Below the pieces are notes generated by a model. It ran no database searches. It saw only the letters and a program-made list of their open reading frames with translations, and was not told where the DNA came from. A stretch of DNA of 62,325 nucleotides, counting the filler, from Sphacelaria rigidula (Eukaryota): assembly GCA_964200075.2 (NCBI GenBank). It is 11 parts of 11 records of this genome, joined end to end, with 100 filler letters (N's around TTAATTAATTAA, not from the genome) between each part and the next. Parts side by side here need not be neighbours in the genome. Positions count along the whole stretch, not along the records: positions 22,701 to 28,275 come from CAXNAA020026189.1; positions 28,376 to 33,950 come from CAXNAA020026190.1; positions 34,051 to 39,625 come from CAXNAA020026191.1; 8 more parts are not named here. The stretch is one strand, 5' to 3'. Below are positions 25,862 through 37,991 of this stretch, one piece after another. The translations under genes were made by a program, and so were the position numbers. Numbering within the stretch: the stretch's first letter is position 1; each line of letters opens with the position of its first letter.

Positions 25862-27430
25862 TCCAGCGAAAAAAACTGCCCGACCCTTCCTTGTAAAAAT
25901 ACGTGCCTCAGTCGGCCAGGCGTACAGTCTCCGGTTGCCGAGGTCACCTGTTCTGGAACCGACCGGTCCTGGGGAGGTGGTGCTTACCGCCCAGGAGAGC
26001 AAGGTGGAGCACAAGGTGTAGGTCACTGCCGACCTGATGTCGCTTTAGAAGAGCAAGCTCACGCCTTTTTCCCGCTCTATCCGTGGCTCGTTCGCGCTGT
26101 GGGGGAAGGAATATCGTATCTCTGTGGAGGATCGCTCGGAATTGGAGGATGCCTCATTCTCGCAGGTGTGTTGATTAGCAACGCAAGCTTTGTGCTGGCA
26201 GCGGTGCTGCTTTATCGCCTGGGAGTTGTCGTGATGGGTGACACGCTGTTGGCGTTCCGCGGCGCGCTCGTCTTTTGTGTGTCACCGGCCAGCGTTTTCT
26301 TTAGCAGCGCGTACTGCGAGAGCTTGTACGCGGCTCTCACGTTCGCAGGTTTACTCGTTCTCCTTGGCGGCTGTGAAAGTACCAACGTAGTTCATGGAAG
26401 CAAATCACGGAGGGGGTGGGCAGGGTCAGTTCGCGCGTGGATTGCCGCTGGTCTACTGGCAGCCGCAACACTTACTCGCTCGAACGGGATAGCTGCGGCG
26501 GGGGTTATTGTCCTAGAGAAGCTGCGTTGGATGGCAGACGAGGCGCGGCTATTCTCCATGACAGGCTCGACCACGACAAAAACAATACAAGGGATAGTAA
26601 CGAGATCGGCGTTGAAAAAGAGGCAGCAGCCTACCGTGGACCAAGTCAGTTGCGATATCCGATGGAGGGAGTTGCCGTGGGCCCGGCTGGTTTCCAGCGC
26701 GATCGCAACGGGCTTGCAAGCACTCCTTGTAGTGTTGCCGTACATCTTCGTTCAGGTGTACGCCTACCGTAAGTTCTGTGGAGGGGGTGGAGAAGACGGC
26801 ACAACCGTCGTTGATGCTGCTTTGTTAGCAGAACTACACCCCTGGTGCAAGTGGCGCGTGCCGAGCTTGTACGCGTACATCCAGTCGGCGTACTGGGGTG
26901 TCGGGGCCTTCAAATATTACCAGTGGAAACAAATTCCCAACTTCTTGTTGGCCGGTCCGGCGTTGGTCTTGACAGCGTGTGGAACAGCCCGATTCTTCAC
27001 CGCACAGTTACACCGGGAGGTGAGGAAGTCGGGCGTGGGTGTTGATGGGGCAGCTGATGGAAGGAGTGCGGAACAAGCTACAAAACAATGGTTGCTGTCG
27101 GCGTGGCTATCCAGGGTGGCGAGGACGTTTTTCGGTCCACGGGGATTACCGCACCCTGCTTCGCACCCCTTCACACGTAGCGCCGCAGCAGCATTGGTTC
27201 TGCAATGGGGCTTCCTTGCCGCGTTTGCCGCAGTTTGCATGAACGTGCAGGTGGCGACCCGGTTTTTGGCTGCTTCATGTCCTCCGCTGCACTGGTGGAC
27301 TGCTACCTTGGTGTTCCCTGGGAGTACGAACGTTGCACCAGGGACTACTGCGCACAGTTTGAGGTGGTACTTGGCCTTGTACTTCATTGCTGGTGCTGTG
27401 TTGCACCCGAACTTCTTGCCTTGGACCTAG
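25862..27430 (+). CDS. PIGV: GPI mannosyltransferase 2 (PIG-V/Gpi18), large terminal exon; 5' exon(s) not located
   Basis: The frame is open from 25862, but the exact acceptor is uncertain. Motifs EQAHAFFPLYP, SPASVFFSSAYCESLY, ATLTRSNG, YAYIQSAYWGVGAFKYYQWKQIPNFLLA, MNVQVATRFL and terminal LHPNFLPWT* are diagnostic of PIG-V. Confidence 0.95.
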   Translation, partial: SSEKNCPTLPCKNTCLSRPGVQSPVAEVTCSGTDRSWGGGAYRPGEQGGAQGVGHCRPDVALEEQAHAFFPLYPWLVRAVGEGISYLCGGSLGIGGCLILAGVLISNASFVLAAVLLYRLGVVVMGDTLLAFRGALVFCVSPASVFFSSAYCESLYAALTFAGLLVLLGGCESTNVVHGSKSRRGWAGSVRAWIAAGLLAAATLTRSNGIAAAGVIVLEKLRWMADEARLFSMTGSTTTKTIQGIVTRSALKKRQQPTVDQVSCDIRWRELPWARLVSSAIATGLQALLVVLPYIFVQVYAYRKFCGGGGEDGTTVVDAALLAELHPWCKWRVPSLYAYIQSAYWGVGAFKYYQWKQIPNFLLAGPALVLTACGTARFFTAQLHREVRKSGVGVDGAADGRSAEQATKQWLLSAWLSRVARTFFGPRGLPHPASHPFTRSAAAALVLQWGFLAAFAAVCMNVQVATRFLAASCPPLHWWTATLVFPGSTNVAPGTTAHSLRWYLALYFIAGAVLHPNFLPWT

Positions 27431-27725
27431 CAATGAGGTGATTAAATTTATTTTTGTGGTGTCGCCATGTAAGGTATTATTAGTTCGTTTCTGCCCTTAC
27501 TTGTGAATTCAACCTTTGACTACAATATCTCATCAAAGTGTCCCCCACTGTCTAAGTGAAATCTCAGATCGAGTTGCCGTAACTCGGTACGTCTCACTGC
27601 ATGAACATGGGGATACGTTGACATACGTATGGAGGTCAGCGTACTGCGAGTCCCTGTTAGTTTCTGGTCTGTACTACTTTTGAGGCAGCGTTGGCACACC
27701 TCGAGCGTAATTTTGATGTTACACG

Positions 27726-28061
27726 GTGTGTTGTCACCCCATGTATGATAGATGCTAGTCTAGACCTTTCGGTATATGTAGGCGCATCGGCCGGGGTCAC
27801 ATAAGAGTGTTCTTCATTGTTCATGCTGTCTTTCGTACTCTCCCTTTTTCGGTGCTGGCCTCACTTTTGATCGCGAAAAGAGCTGGGCGTTCCCTCCTTT
27901 CATCCACCGTAAAGTTGACTTTTTGCGTGCTCACAGGATGATCGCTTTTCACTGTTCAGCACAGAAAAACTTCAGATCATGTGACTTCACCGAGACTCGA
28001 AGCCATGTCCCAACCGTGAGAAAGTTTCGAGGTTACAAACTGAGACACCGGGGCGACCGAC
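27726..28061 (-). mobile_element. SINE family 1 copy
   Basis: Reverse complement of the 29311-29660 element, including the ggtcgccccggtg head. Confidence 0.8.
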
Positions 28062-28739
28062 CTTTACACCGTGTGCGATCATAATTGTACTCCTCTCGGT
28101 ACTGCCAATGAAAACTACCGTAGTGTACGCAGCAGGGGAAGTTTGCAAGGTTGTGTTCTGTAGGGTACGGTTTTCTGTATACCCGGGGTATTTTGCCGTG
28201 TATTTACCGTACCCGACAATTCTGTGACTTCTGTAAGACTTTCATACCGGTACCCGACAGTTCTACAATCTCTGCNNNNNNNNNNNNNNNNNNNNNNNNN
28301 NNNNNNNNNNNNNNNNNNNTTAATTAATTAANNNNNNNNNNNNNNNNNNNNNNNNNNNNNNNNNNNNNNNNNNNNATCGCCACTTCCCGAGACAGCCACA
28401 GCTTATACACTGCCTCATGGGTGCCTCACCATGGGGGGTCATGCAGATACGGTTAAACCCAAACGTTTCGAGTAACTGGCTGCGTCATATTCAGACGTTA
28501 TCACCAAACGTTCGATGTTTTTACTTCAACTAGTGATCAATGACAAAATCTACTTCGATTGTGCACGCGGGACGTCGGGAGGGGAGGGCAACGTGGGACG
28601 GCCGGGGGGGGGGGAGGGGGGGTGCAATCTGGGGTCGGGCTAGAGCTAGCCTGTGAACCTTCCCATTCCATCGCTCCTCAGCAGAAACAAACTCGACTTC
28701 CCTCCAAACAGACGTATTCTGAACGTTAATGTTAACCAG

Positions 28740-28931
28740 GTCGACGGAGAAGGGAGGGCCTACGATCCTGACTTCGTGGAAACGAAACCACCTCACGTGT
28801 ACGCCATCGCCGACAAGGCCTACCGGAACATGACTAGGCCTACCACAGAATACGAAATGCGCTCGCAGTCTATCTTGGTGAGCGGTGAATCCGGCGCTGG
28901 AAAGACGGAGACCTGCAAGATCATTATGAAG
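28740..28931 (+). CDS. Myosin motor domain exon (P-loop)
   Basis: cag|GTC...AAG|gtatgt. Translates to [15 protein letters not shown]...[22 protein letters not shown]. Confidence 0.96.
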
Positions 28932-29310
28932 GTATGTATGTATGTATGTATGTATGTATGTATGTATGTATAATATTTATCTCGAGATATTGAAAATATA
29001 CCTCTCTCCCTCCAAGGACCATGTACCGGAAGCTCAGCTCTGCGTTCATTTATCCATCTTTTTCTCCAATAACGAACGTATCACGTGGTCTCTATTGCCC
29101 ACCATAGAGACTTGACGGACGTCGTCCGATAGGCAGAAGATGAGACACAGCTGTAGCGCCCACGTGTAAGGTATTGAATGTTTGTTTCAGGGTCCATTGA
29201 CTGGGCTCTCCGTCGTCCAGGTAAAGCTGCAAAGAGGTAAAAAATGGTCTCCGATCCAGAAGAAAAAAGTGATCTTTGTGCATACTTTATTTGATATAAT
29301 TTATTGCCTG

Positions 29311-29660
29311 ACCGGTCGCCCCGGTGGCTCAGTTGGTAGCCTCGAAATCTTCTGACGGTTGGGTCGCGGGTTCGAATCTCGGAATGATGTGGGAGTTTTT
29401 CTCATGCCCAACAGTGGAGAGGGACTACGTCGTGGGTACACAAAATTCGACTGCACGGTCGACGAGGGAACGGGACTGCTGAACCCCTCTCGCGATAATA
29501 ACAACATCAACGCAAGCACCACAGAAGGACGGTGAAGTACTAGTATGAAATAAAAATGAATAAAGTTCTGTGCCGATCTTCCTCCTGTGTGACCCCGGCT
29601 AGTGCGCCCACATGTATCGAAAGGTGTAGACCGGCGTCCAGAATAGATGGGACGACAACC
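29311..29660 (+). mobile_element. SINE family 1, full-length (tRNA-derived head), in myosin intron
   Basis: A box tggctcagttgg, B box gggttcgaatc, about 350 bp. Other copies at 35158-35520, 56473-56650, 55738-55980 and 27726-28061, with fragments at 20535-20600 and 51370-51430. Confidence 0.85.
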
Positions 29661-29960
29661 CACCGACACCCTCCCCTCCCACATCCTTTCTATTTGCTGC
29701 GTTTCACGCCGACATATTGTACGCCATGCTCTAGTACCTACCCGTATTTCCGGACAGTTGCTGTCGGTGGTTCTAACAAGACAGAACCTGAGATCAACGG
29801 TGATCCGCAGTCGAAATGCCATTCTGCATCCGTTATAAATGGCAATTATCGGCAGTTTTGCCCCTTCTCAACTCTATTTGGTTTTCACCATTGCAAATTA
29901 GCTTACCTTCGTGTTGCTAAGCTATTGTTTTTCTTCTGTGTTCAACACGCCATGCTGCAG

Positions 29961-30158
29961 TACTTGGCAATTCTGGGCAATGCCACTGGAGACTCTAACA
30001 AGCTAGGCACGACGGAGAACCGCGTCCTGCAGTCAAATCCCATCCTCGAAGCCTTCGGTAACGCTCGGACCGTGCGCAACGACAACTCTTCGAGGTTCGG
30101 AAAATACATCCAGTTGCTCTTCAACCAGAGGGGAAAGCTCGCTGGCGCCTCTATCGAG
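29961..30158 (+). CDS. Myosin motor domain exon (switch I)
   Basis: cag|TAC...GAG|gt, phase 0. Translates to [31 protein letters not shown]. Confidence 0.97.
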
Positions 30159-30199
30159 GTGATGTGTGTACGGTACTAGATATGAAAAGCTATAAATAA

Positions 30200-30662
30200 C
30201 AACATATTCGTGAGATTCAGAGCGTGGTATCGGATTCAGAGTGGATGCTCTAGCGTTCCTTACAGGTAATGCTTCTTTTTTTTTGCTTTCGCACACGTCC
30301 TGTGCATGCAGCTACCCTACAGTACCCCATTCGAGGAATTTGGCGGTCTGGTTGGTAAGATACCGTACAAAGCATTTTTACGCCTGGGGGGGCATTTCGG
30401 AACTGAAACTGTTTCAGGCACTAGTCGGTTTTTCCTGAAAGAGGGGATCTTTTGTTGCAATGGACTGACTACGTCGTTGCGATCGAGTGATGTGTCAAAT
30501 TGATCGTGTAGTAGGTGACAGCTTTCACTGAAGCCATCGCTTCACCAGCTGGGTGCATTACTCCTCGAACCGTGGCAATGTCAAAATCAACGGGAAAGTC
30601 GATTGTTTCGGGTCACACTCTGAATTCGATGTTACACTCTGAATCTCACGAATATAGTGTTA
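30200..30662. mobile_element. MITE-like element with about 45-bp TIRs in myosin intron
   Basis: atattcgtgagattcagagcgtggtatcggattcagagtg pairs with cactctgaattcgatgttacactctgaatctcacgaatat. Confidence 0.6.
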
Positions 30663-31034
30663 AATATGCATTCCCGAAAATAGTAACCATATACATGTAG
30701 ATAGACGTTGAGATTCATTTTCTGCTATAGAAAAGTATCGGTAATTCGATGGTGCGGTGGCAATTTCCCTTGAAAATGTATGTAACTCTGCGTGAATGGC
30801 ATCGCAATCCATTGGGAGTCCATTTACGATTTTTTTCTAGTGAATCGGTATGTTTTTCAGTCATTTTCAAGTCAACATGATGCTGATTCACAAGACCCAA
30901 AATCGTCAATGGGTTCCGAAAGGGTCAAAACATGAAAACATCGCAAGGGTCGGACAAATAATGATTCGTCTGGAAATTACTTGGTTTTTTCGTATAATTG
31001 ATTCGACTCGTACGAATCAATCCCTCGGATTTGT

Positions 31035-31205
31035 TTTAAGCGTTGCAGCCCAGGTACACGCAGCCGAGACAGGTGGAATGGCGAAAGAGTTGCGTGGATA
31101 CCCCTTAGACCAGCGGTCAACTCTTTTCTCCCTTTGGGGCAATCACCCCGAAGACATCGTGGATTTGGTGATTCGTAGTCGTGACGCTTTGTCTTAACCG
31201 TGAAA
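31035..31205. repeat. Interspersed repeat shared with 11351-11520
   Basis: agcgttgcagcccaggtacacgcagcc...gaccagcggtcaact...ggggcaatca occurs on two contigs. Confidence 0.75.
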
Positions 31206-31559
31206 CGTGGATGAGTGCACCACTTTTTCCCTTGCATCAGAGTTTTTACTCCTGCTTGTTCGGCTATCTGTGATTCCATTGACTCAGACTACGCGAAGGC
31301 TTGAACGTCGTCTTTAACGGATACGTGCATTGGAAAACCATAACCGGAACCATCTTCATTCTCATGACCGCGATGTAGTACGTAAAAACCGGCATGACTT
31401 TCACCTTATCCAAAGATCTCCAACCGCCTGTTGTGAATCCGATATCGGTGTAGAAGAGACGAACATAACTTCCCCCGTCAGATGGACCACCGGCTGTACA
31501 CAAATATGAAAAATGCTACATTTTGAAGTGCCGTGCTCCGACGCAATACAACGACGCAG

Positions 31560-31726
31560 ACTTTTCTCCTGGAAAAGATTCGTGTGGTGAAGCAGTCGGC
31601 TCTGGAGCGGAACTACCACATTTTTTACATCATGAACGCTGGGGGAACGAAGCAAGAGCGTGAACGTTGGCACTTGCTCCCTAGCTCTGACTACCACTAC
31701 ACTAACCAGTCAGGCTGCTACGACAG
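31560..31726 (+). CDS. Myosin motor domain exon, probable GC donor
   Basis: cag|ACT. Translates to TFLLEKIRVVKQSALERNYHIFY...YHYTNQSGCYDR and ends AG|gcaagg. Confidence 0.93.
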
Positions 31727-31813
31727 GCAAGGCATGTGTTGTTGTTGTTGTTGTTGTTATCGTGTCGCGTAGGTGATGACAATGTCATATATATTTATAT
31801 TCACATATATACA

Positions 31814-32250
31814 TACAACACGGGATTCCACAAATTGAGGGTGGATCTTTTATTGGGGATGAAAACCCGGAGAATTAAAATCTTTGTATCCACACCAAAT
31901 CTTCGAAGTATCCTCCCATTTCTTCACTTGCTTGTAGCTATTGACAACTACTACACGCCACACGAAGTTGGATTTCGATAACCGAAATGTTGGGGTCCTA
32001 GGTGAAAAACGAATTTTGGGGGATTTTAGGTGTCCGATCGGACGCCAAAATTGGTTTTTCACCTAAGACCCCGACTTGCCGGTTATCGAAATCCAAAATT
32101 TTATGGCGTGTAGTAGTTGTGAATAGCTACTAGCAAGTGAAGAAATGAAACCATACTTCGAAGATTTGGTGTGGATACAAGGATTTTAATTCTCCGGGTT
32201 TTCATCCCCAATCAAAAATCCATCCCCAATTTGTAAAATCCCCTGTTATA
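31814..32250. mobile_element. Foldback MITE, about 205-bp near-perfect arms, TA-bounded
   Basis: ttggggatgaaaacccggagaattaaaatc...tgtatccacaccaaatcttcgaagtat is mirrored on the right, around a short central loop near 32020-32045. Confidence 0.88.
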
Positions 32251-34249
32251 CGTGTTTGACAGTACCTGTCCGTATTACAGGATTGGAGACACTTTTGGGG
32301 GGATACCACACGCCTTCGTGCCTTCTCTTGCACACCCGTCTCATTTTCTTCTACCGAATACTCACGCAGTAGCTACGGAGCTACGTACCTATCGATCAGA
32401 TGAGGAAACTCACAACTCTTGTAGTTAATAGCTTGTGTTGTCTCGTTCCACGTTTCCTAGTAACCCGAAAACGGAATCAATCCAGTAATGATGCTGAAGA
32501 AGTAAGCAGGGTGGCGAACCAAGCAATGCCCTAACCTAGGCCCAAACATTACTCGCAACGAGGTATCACTACCTCGGGGCTAGCGGCCAGAACCCACGGG
32601 ATATGGGCTACAGGCTGCCGGTTCCCGCGCCCACGAATCGACCCTTCGATAAGTAAAACTGTCATGAATTATGTGTCTCATAGATACCAACCAGTGCAGC
32701 CTCTTGGCCGTACGACATTTGATCGGCTTGACTGATTGATGAGTTGATTGATTGGGTGAAATGCCGCATATCTGCTCGTTTGTCTCGGGAACGTCAATCA
32801 TGTCAACAGTGACCACGGCTGGGTCTCTGGAGGATCAGATGATGGACGACGATCAACCAATCACTCCATGAATCAATTAATAAATCCATCAATCTATCCA
32901 CCACTCAATCGTCACGTATCCAGCCACGGTCACAAGACAAGCATACTCCAGGCAAGTAAATGGGGACGATCGGTGAAGGATACTAGAGAAGAGGGGGAAG
33001 AGGGAAGAAGAAAAAAAGGGGAAAGAAAGCAAAACAGAAAAAAAAAAACTGGGGATCAGAAGGAAAGAGGAGGGGGGGAAAAAGAGAGAAAAGATCTGCA
33101 CCCCTTTTTCCTGACCTTCTGCTTCTCTCAATTTGGTTATATTTCGTCGTTTTCTTTTCCGGGTGTTTCGCTGGTTTGTGTCAGCTACTGTGCGAACATC
33201 AATCAACTGATTGATCAGTCAACCATTCAATATTTGATATTTGATATGTAATAATATTTTTCCATTATTTACCCACCCATGTGATGTGGTACAGAAAAGG
33301 CGAGAAAACGTGGATTCCTACCCTACTACCGGGCCCAGAGTACACAGTACTCTTAACGGAGTACACAGTACTACTACGCAAGGACCCGTTCATATGCTAT
33401 CGACAGACTAAACCGCAAAAAATAACAGTATTTAACATTCTCAACACACCCGATCAACAGGAAACACCCCTGCACCCTTGTTCATTCATCCCCACATTCT
33501 TTGCCGGATGCCTTCTGGAACATGATTTATTTTCCCCCTTTCTTCGTTTCAATCCTTCTCTTTTGTTGAACCCTTTCTGCGACTAGGTGGTGCTATTGCC
33601 AAGTCATTACCCAGAGGTCTACTACTTTTGATCCCTGACATGAAACGAACTTTTTACTCAGTTTTTCTGCCCAAAATATCATGTTCGGGAACATACCTCT
33701 TTAGTAAAAGTGTATACTCCCTCCAGCAAACCGACCGCGAGACTCCCTGAGTTGAACTCCCCCCCCCCCTCCCCCACCAATACAGGGTTGGATAAGAAGG
33801 TATGGAAAAGGTTCTTGTGTAATGTATGGAAGAAACGTAATGAGCTATGGAAGAGATGTAATGAGCGCCAGAATGTTGAAGGTGTCTTTATTAGGAGTAG
33901 GAACGGTGCTCCGTCTCGAAAGGGATGCATGGTCAATGGTCAAACGACTANNNNNNNNNNNNNNNNNNNNNNNNNNNNNNNNNNNNNNNNNNNNTTAATT
34001 AATTAANNNNNNNNNNNNNNNNNNNNNNNNNNNNNNNNNNNNNNNNNNNNATCCCCATTGTGCGGAGTTGAGCTTCTCCCACGCCACACAACATGATCTA
34101 GCTCGACTACCATCCTGGTTACGGCAAGAATAACGCAAGCGCGCAGACTAAAACGGTAATCTGGTTGCCTAGCTTACGCAGTGAGTGGCGTGTTTTGTAG
34201 TGTCATCGCCAACCAACGCCAAGCCCATCAGGAGGGTCGGGGGCTGGGG

Positions 34250-34672
34250 GGGAGTGTACTCATGATCTTGCATGCTGTAGTCATTAAACCGTTGGCCTCG
34301 CATCCCCACAAGGCTGGGACGGAGCACGCCGGGCTTTCGCCGGTCCAGGCTCGCAATCAATCGCCAAGCGCGAAGCGCCGTGGTGTGTTCGACGAATCGC
34401 ATGAAGGGTGGGCTGCATCCTGCCAAGATTGTTCGGCCCGAAGCGTACTAATTATCTTGCACACGGATGACAACCTACAATAAGTTGGTTCAGTTTCTGG
34501 TATCACAACTTCCAGAGACAGGAGCAGAGACAGGAGTGTGTGTGTTGGGGGGGAGGATACGTACTCATTTGTTGCTTGCCTTAGTCGTTTGACCATTGAC
34601 AGCGCATCCCTTTGGAGACGGACCACCGTTCTTACTCCTGATAGAAGCATCTCCAACATTCGGACGCTCATT
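34250..34672 (+). repeat. Abundant two-module interspersed repeat (M1 about 300 bp plus M2 about 110 bp), unclassified; most complete copy
   Basis: Copies or fragments at 1-60, 5520-5575, 22530-22600, 22701-22775, 23000-23050, 25447-25665, 28376-28430, 33860-33950, 46013-46185, 47645-47910, 50730-50975 and 62258-62325. Confidence 0.85.
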
Positions 34673-35157
34673 AAGTTCCTTCAGCAGCTCATCACACAAA
34701 AACCTTTTACATGTCTTATCCCCTTCCTGCTTGGCCGTCTGTGGCCACCATCTATCTCCTAGTATGGCGATCGTTTCTCGCTACTGTCTCATGTATCAAA
34801 CCATTTCGTGCCACCTTGGTTTACTTCCTCACATCTCGCCCTCTAACACGTTCCATTCCTCCTTGTGTGGTTCTTATTCTGCCACTATACATCTATGTGA
34901 GTTCTCCTCTCTATTTATATTGGGGGGGGGGGAGTACATATGAAGAGATGTAAAGATGATTAGCCAAAACATCAAGTGTTGGCCAGCCTCAACGGCCTTA
35001 TCAGCTTTCACAAACAACCTTAACCCTCCGACCTCGGAATTGTTTTGGATCTTAACGGCAGGATAAACGGTATTACAGATATATCGATCAATATATAAAT
35101 GTGGTATGGTGTGTTGGTATATATACACGTGAATATTTAAGAAAATATACACGCATG

Positions 35158-35520
35158 CAGCGGTCGTCCTGGTGGCTCAGTTTGTAACCTCAAAACCTTC
35201 TGACTGGTGGGTCGTGGGTTCGAATCTCGGAGCGATTTGGGATTTTTCTCACACAATGCTCAACAGTGGAAAGCGCCAATGTCGTGGATACACAAAAGTC
35301 GACCTAACGGTCGTGAAGGGAAAGGCACTGCTGAACCCCTCTCGCGAAAAAGAGGGAAGCACGGCACAAGAAAGGTGGAGATGAAGAAACAAATAAGGAA
35401 GAAAAAGCTCCTGTGTTGGCCTTCCTCCTGTGTGACCCCGCCTGGTGCGCCAACATATACCGAAAGAGGAAGACGGGCGTCCAGAATAGATGGGATGACA
35501 ACACAAACATACAATATATA
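35158..35520 (+). mobile_element. SINE family 1, full-length
   Basis: ggtggctcagtttg A box, gggttcgaatc B box, and 3' ccagaatagatgggatgacaac. Confidence 0.85.
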
Positions 35521-35559
35521 ATACTAATCAAAGCAGGCTTGATTGATTAAAAAAATATC

Positions 35560-35835
35560 GCATATGAAAGTGTGGAAGAGCTAGTCAAGAGGGTGTTTGT
35601 CCACGCGTTGCGCGTGCACCAGTTTATTTTTGATTATGAATGATTGGGCTTGCTCTAGCTACAGGAGACAGGCTTTAAACAGCCAAGTATAGTGTCGATT
35701 AGGCTTGCTCTAGCTACAGCAGACAATCTCCTGTAGCTAGAGCAAGCCCAATCATTCATCATTTCAAAAACTGGTGCACGCGCAAGGCGTAGACGAACAT
35801 ACTCTCGACTGTGGCTCTTCCACACTTTTTGTACG
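35560..35835. mobile_element. Foldback/MITE-like palindrome
   Basis: aaagtgtggaagagc...gcgcgtgcaccagttt...gaatgattgggcttgctctagctacaggaga is mirrored by tctcctgtagctagagcaagcccaatcattc...gctcttccacacttt. Confidence 0.8.
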
Positions 35836-35997
35836 AGATGGAATCCATGCATACATACCAGCATACTCTATCGTCGGTGATTTGTTTTCTTGTTTTTTTT
35901 GTCATACCTCCACCCCCCGGTCATTCCCCAACACCACATCCCCTTCCTCGGACGAGCCCGTAGTCACCAGGGGACAACCCATATCTACTCCGGTACG

Positions 35998-36252
35998 AGG
36001 CGGGGTAACCGGAGTTGGGCAAATTCTATCCACGGTCGACATGTTTAACAACTATCGCTGGCCCAAACCTTAACCCCGACCCGAGGCATACCGAGAACCC
36101 TCAGGCAAGGGAGGTGCATCGGATTCCCTCGGCAAAGTGTAGGCAAAGTGTGGCTATGGTAGACCTCAACTCGGAGCCTAATGTCGCCCATTTTGGACGA
36201 AAACGCGGTCTGCGCACGCTAGGAGCACACGGGACTGTCAAGCCTCGCTAAA
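35998..36252 (+). repeat. About 250-bp interspersed repeat with an internal telomere-like AACCCTAACCC motif (also 21690-21850 +, 37345-37565 -)
   Basis: Three contig positions share ggcataccgagaaccc...ctgcgcacgctaggagcac. Confidence 0.75.
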
Positions 36253-36520
36253 TATCCGATTCTTGTTCTCCACACTCAAGTCGAGCAATAGAGAGTTTCG
36301 GAAAACGCTTTTGTTGTCATTTCAGAGTGCAACTACCTCAGGATGAGAGTGCAGAATAAGAAAAAATACTTGATCGAAAAACAGTGAAGGGGATACCGCC
36401 TTTGACGAAAGGAGGAATAATTTTTCCGTGCACTCTGATCCTGATATGTTTGCACTCTGAAATAACAAGAAAATGTTTTCCGAAAGTCTCTAATATAAAC
36501 TATGGGGTAGATTGTAGACG

Positions 36521-37060
36521 AACTCTGGTTAACTCTACTGGCTTGGGGTGGCACTGGCAAGGCACTCACCAACTCTCGTGCACTGAAAAGCACAACGGAG
36601 TACATACACAGCGCCCGATAGCCCGATGTTGGGCACTGCTATCCGATATCTTCCGCAAGTTGGGGGACTTTTTTTCAGACTGTCGAAAAATCTAGTGTCC
36701 GACAACTTTTGCCGACTATAGATTTCCGGAAAAAAAGTCTAGACAAAAAAAACACAATCCGTTTTTCGGGAAGAAAAACAAGTCTGAAAATTTACGAAAT
36801 GCGTGAACAAAATGCCCCGTGAATGATGACGATCCTTGAATGAAGTAAAAACTCTGGTCCATTTTTACGTGCAATGCAGTACAAGTATTGTTCATTGTTT
36901 TATTTCTGCCGTGGGAAGCGTTAGGATCGTCGGTATGAACAAAAAGAGAGGATGGCAGTCGACGGGCTGCGACAACGATCTTCATTCGGTGAACGCTCGA
37001 TACATCAATTAATCAGTTTCAAGGATCGGTGGATACCGGGCGGTAGAGTTAACCAGAGTT
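36521..37060. mobile_element. Non-autonomous DNA element with 18-bp perfect TIRs
   Basis: aactctggttaactctac ... gtagagttaaccagagtt. Confidence 0.6.
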
Positions 37061-37763
37061 GGGTCACAAAGTTGGATTACTTGATTTGATTGTGAACAGC
37101 AAGGGTCGGATCTTTAGCTACTCCTGATGTTTTTCTTGGAGTCTCTCTTCTTATTTTTATTTTGGTAATATTTGAGGTGATTGCGTTTGTTCATGTAATT
37201 AGGCTGGAGTCTCTGAACAATTGATGAAAGACTCTATGTCTTGTAAGGAATAGCAGGGACGGTACTGGAAAGACGAGCCTACGTCCGTGACCACAGGTTC
37301 GAGAAGTCGGACTAATGTGCGGAAATAATAAATGAATATTAAAGTGGGGCTTGACAACCCCATGTGCTCCTAGCGTGCGCAGAACGCGTTTTAGTCCAAC
37401 TCGGCGACATTACGCGCCCATTCGAGCTGTGTCAACGCCACCCTTGCCCGAGGGTTCTTGGTATGCCTTGGGGGGTCAGGGTTAGGGTTGGGGTTAGCGA
37501 TAGTCGTAAAATGTGTCAACCATGGGTATGATGTATGTAACCCAGCTCCGGTTATCCCACCTCTTTTAATTGTTGTGTGTGAGTGTGCGTGTACAGCACA
37601 CCCTAGATAATGGCAATGCAACGTATTACATTGTCAAAAGGTACACTGCGTACAGCATCGACTACTGGGTCTATTGCAATAGGCAGTGTACTCCATGCTG
37701 TGCGCAGCATACTTTTTGACATTGTAATCTGTTGTCCAGAGGTGTTGTTTTTACCTAGCGTAC

Positions 37764-37991
37764 CATTCCCACTGTTCCAGTGTCGGTAGAGTGTCCAGGG
37801 CCGTTTTGCCACCCGGCGAGGGTCGCCGTTGCTCGACAAGCGCTGTAATGTTCCGAAAACGTATGAATCAAGCTTGATCTTCCTCCTGATCTCAATGAGA
37901 AGTATGCTCTCCCATTCCCGGAAGAAGTACAGGAGCTGCTGTCCAAACATATCCGATATTTCGTCCGAAAAAAGTCCCGTTAATGATGACC
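37764..37991 (-). CDS. Candidate exon of unknown protein, antisense to the YTH exon
   Basis: tag|GG...G|gtacgc, 228 bp, phase 1-1, with an open frame of protein-like composition (GQQLLYFFREWESILLIEIRRKIKLDSYVFG). No family recognised. Confidence 0.35.

Noticed and set aside
29311..29385. tRNA gene (also 35158, 56473, 5281)
   Set aside because: A and B boxes are present but there is no proper cloverleaf. Each is attached to a shared 250-300 bp body, so these are SINE heads.
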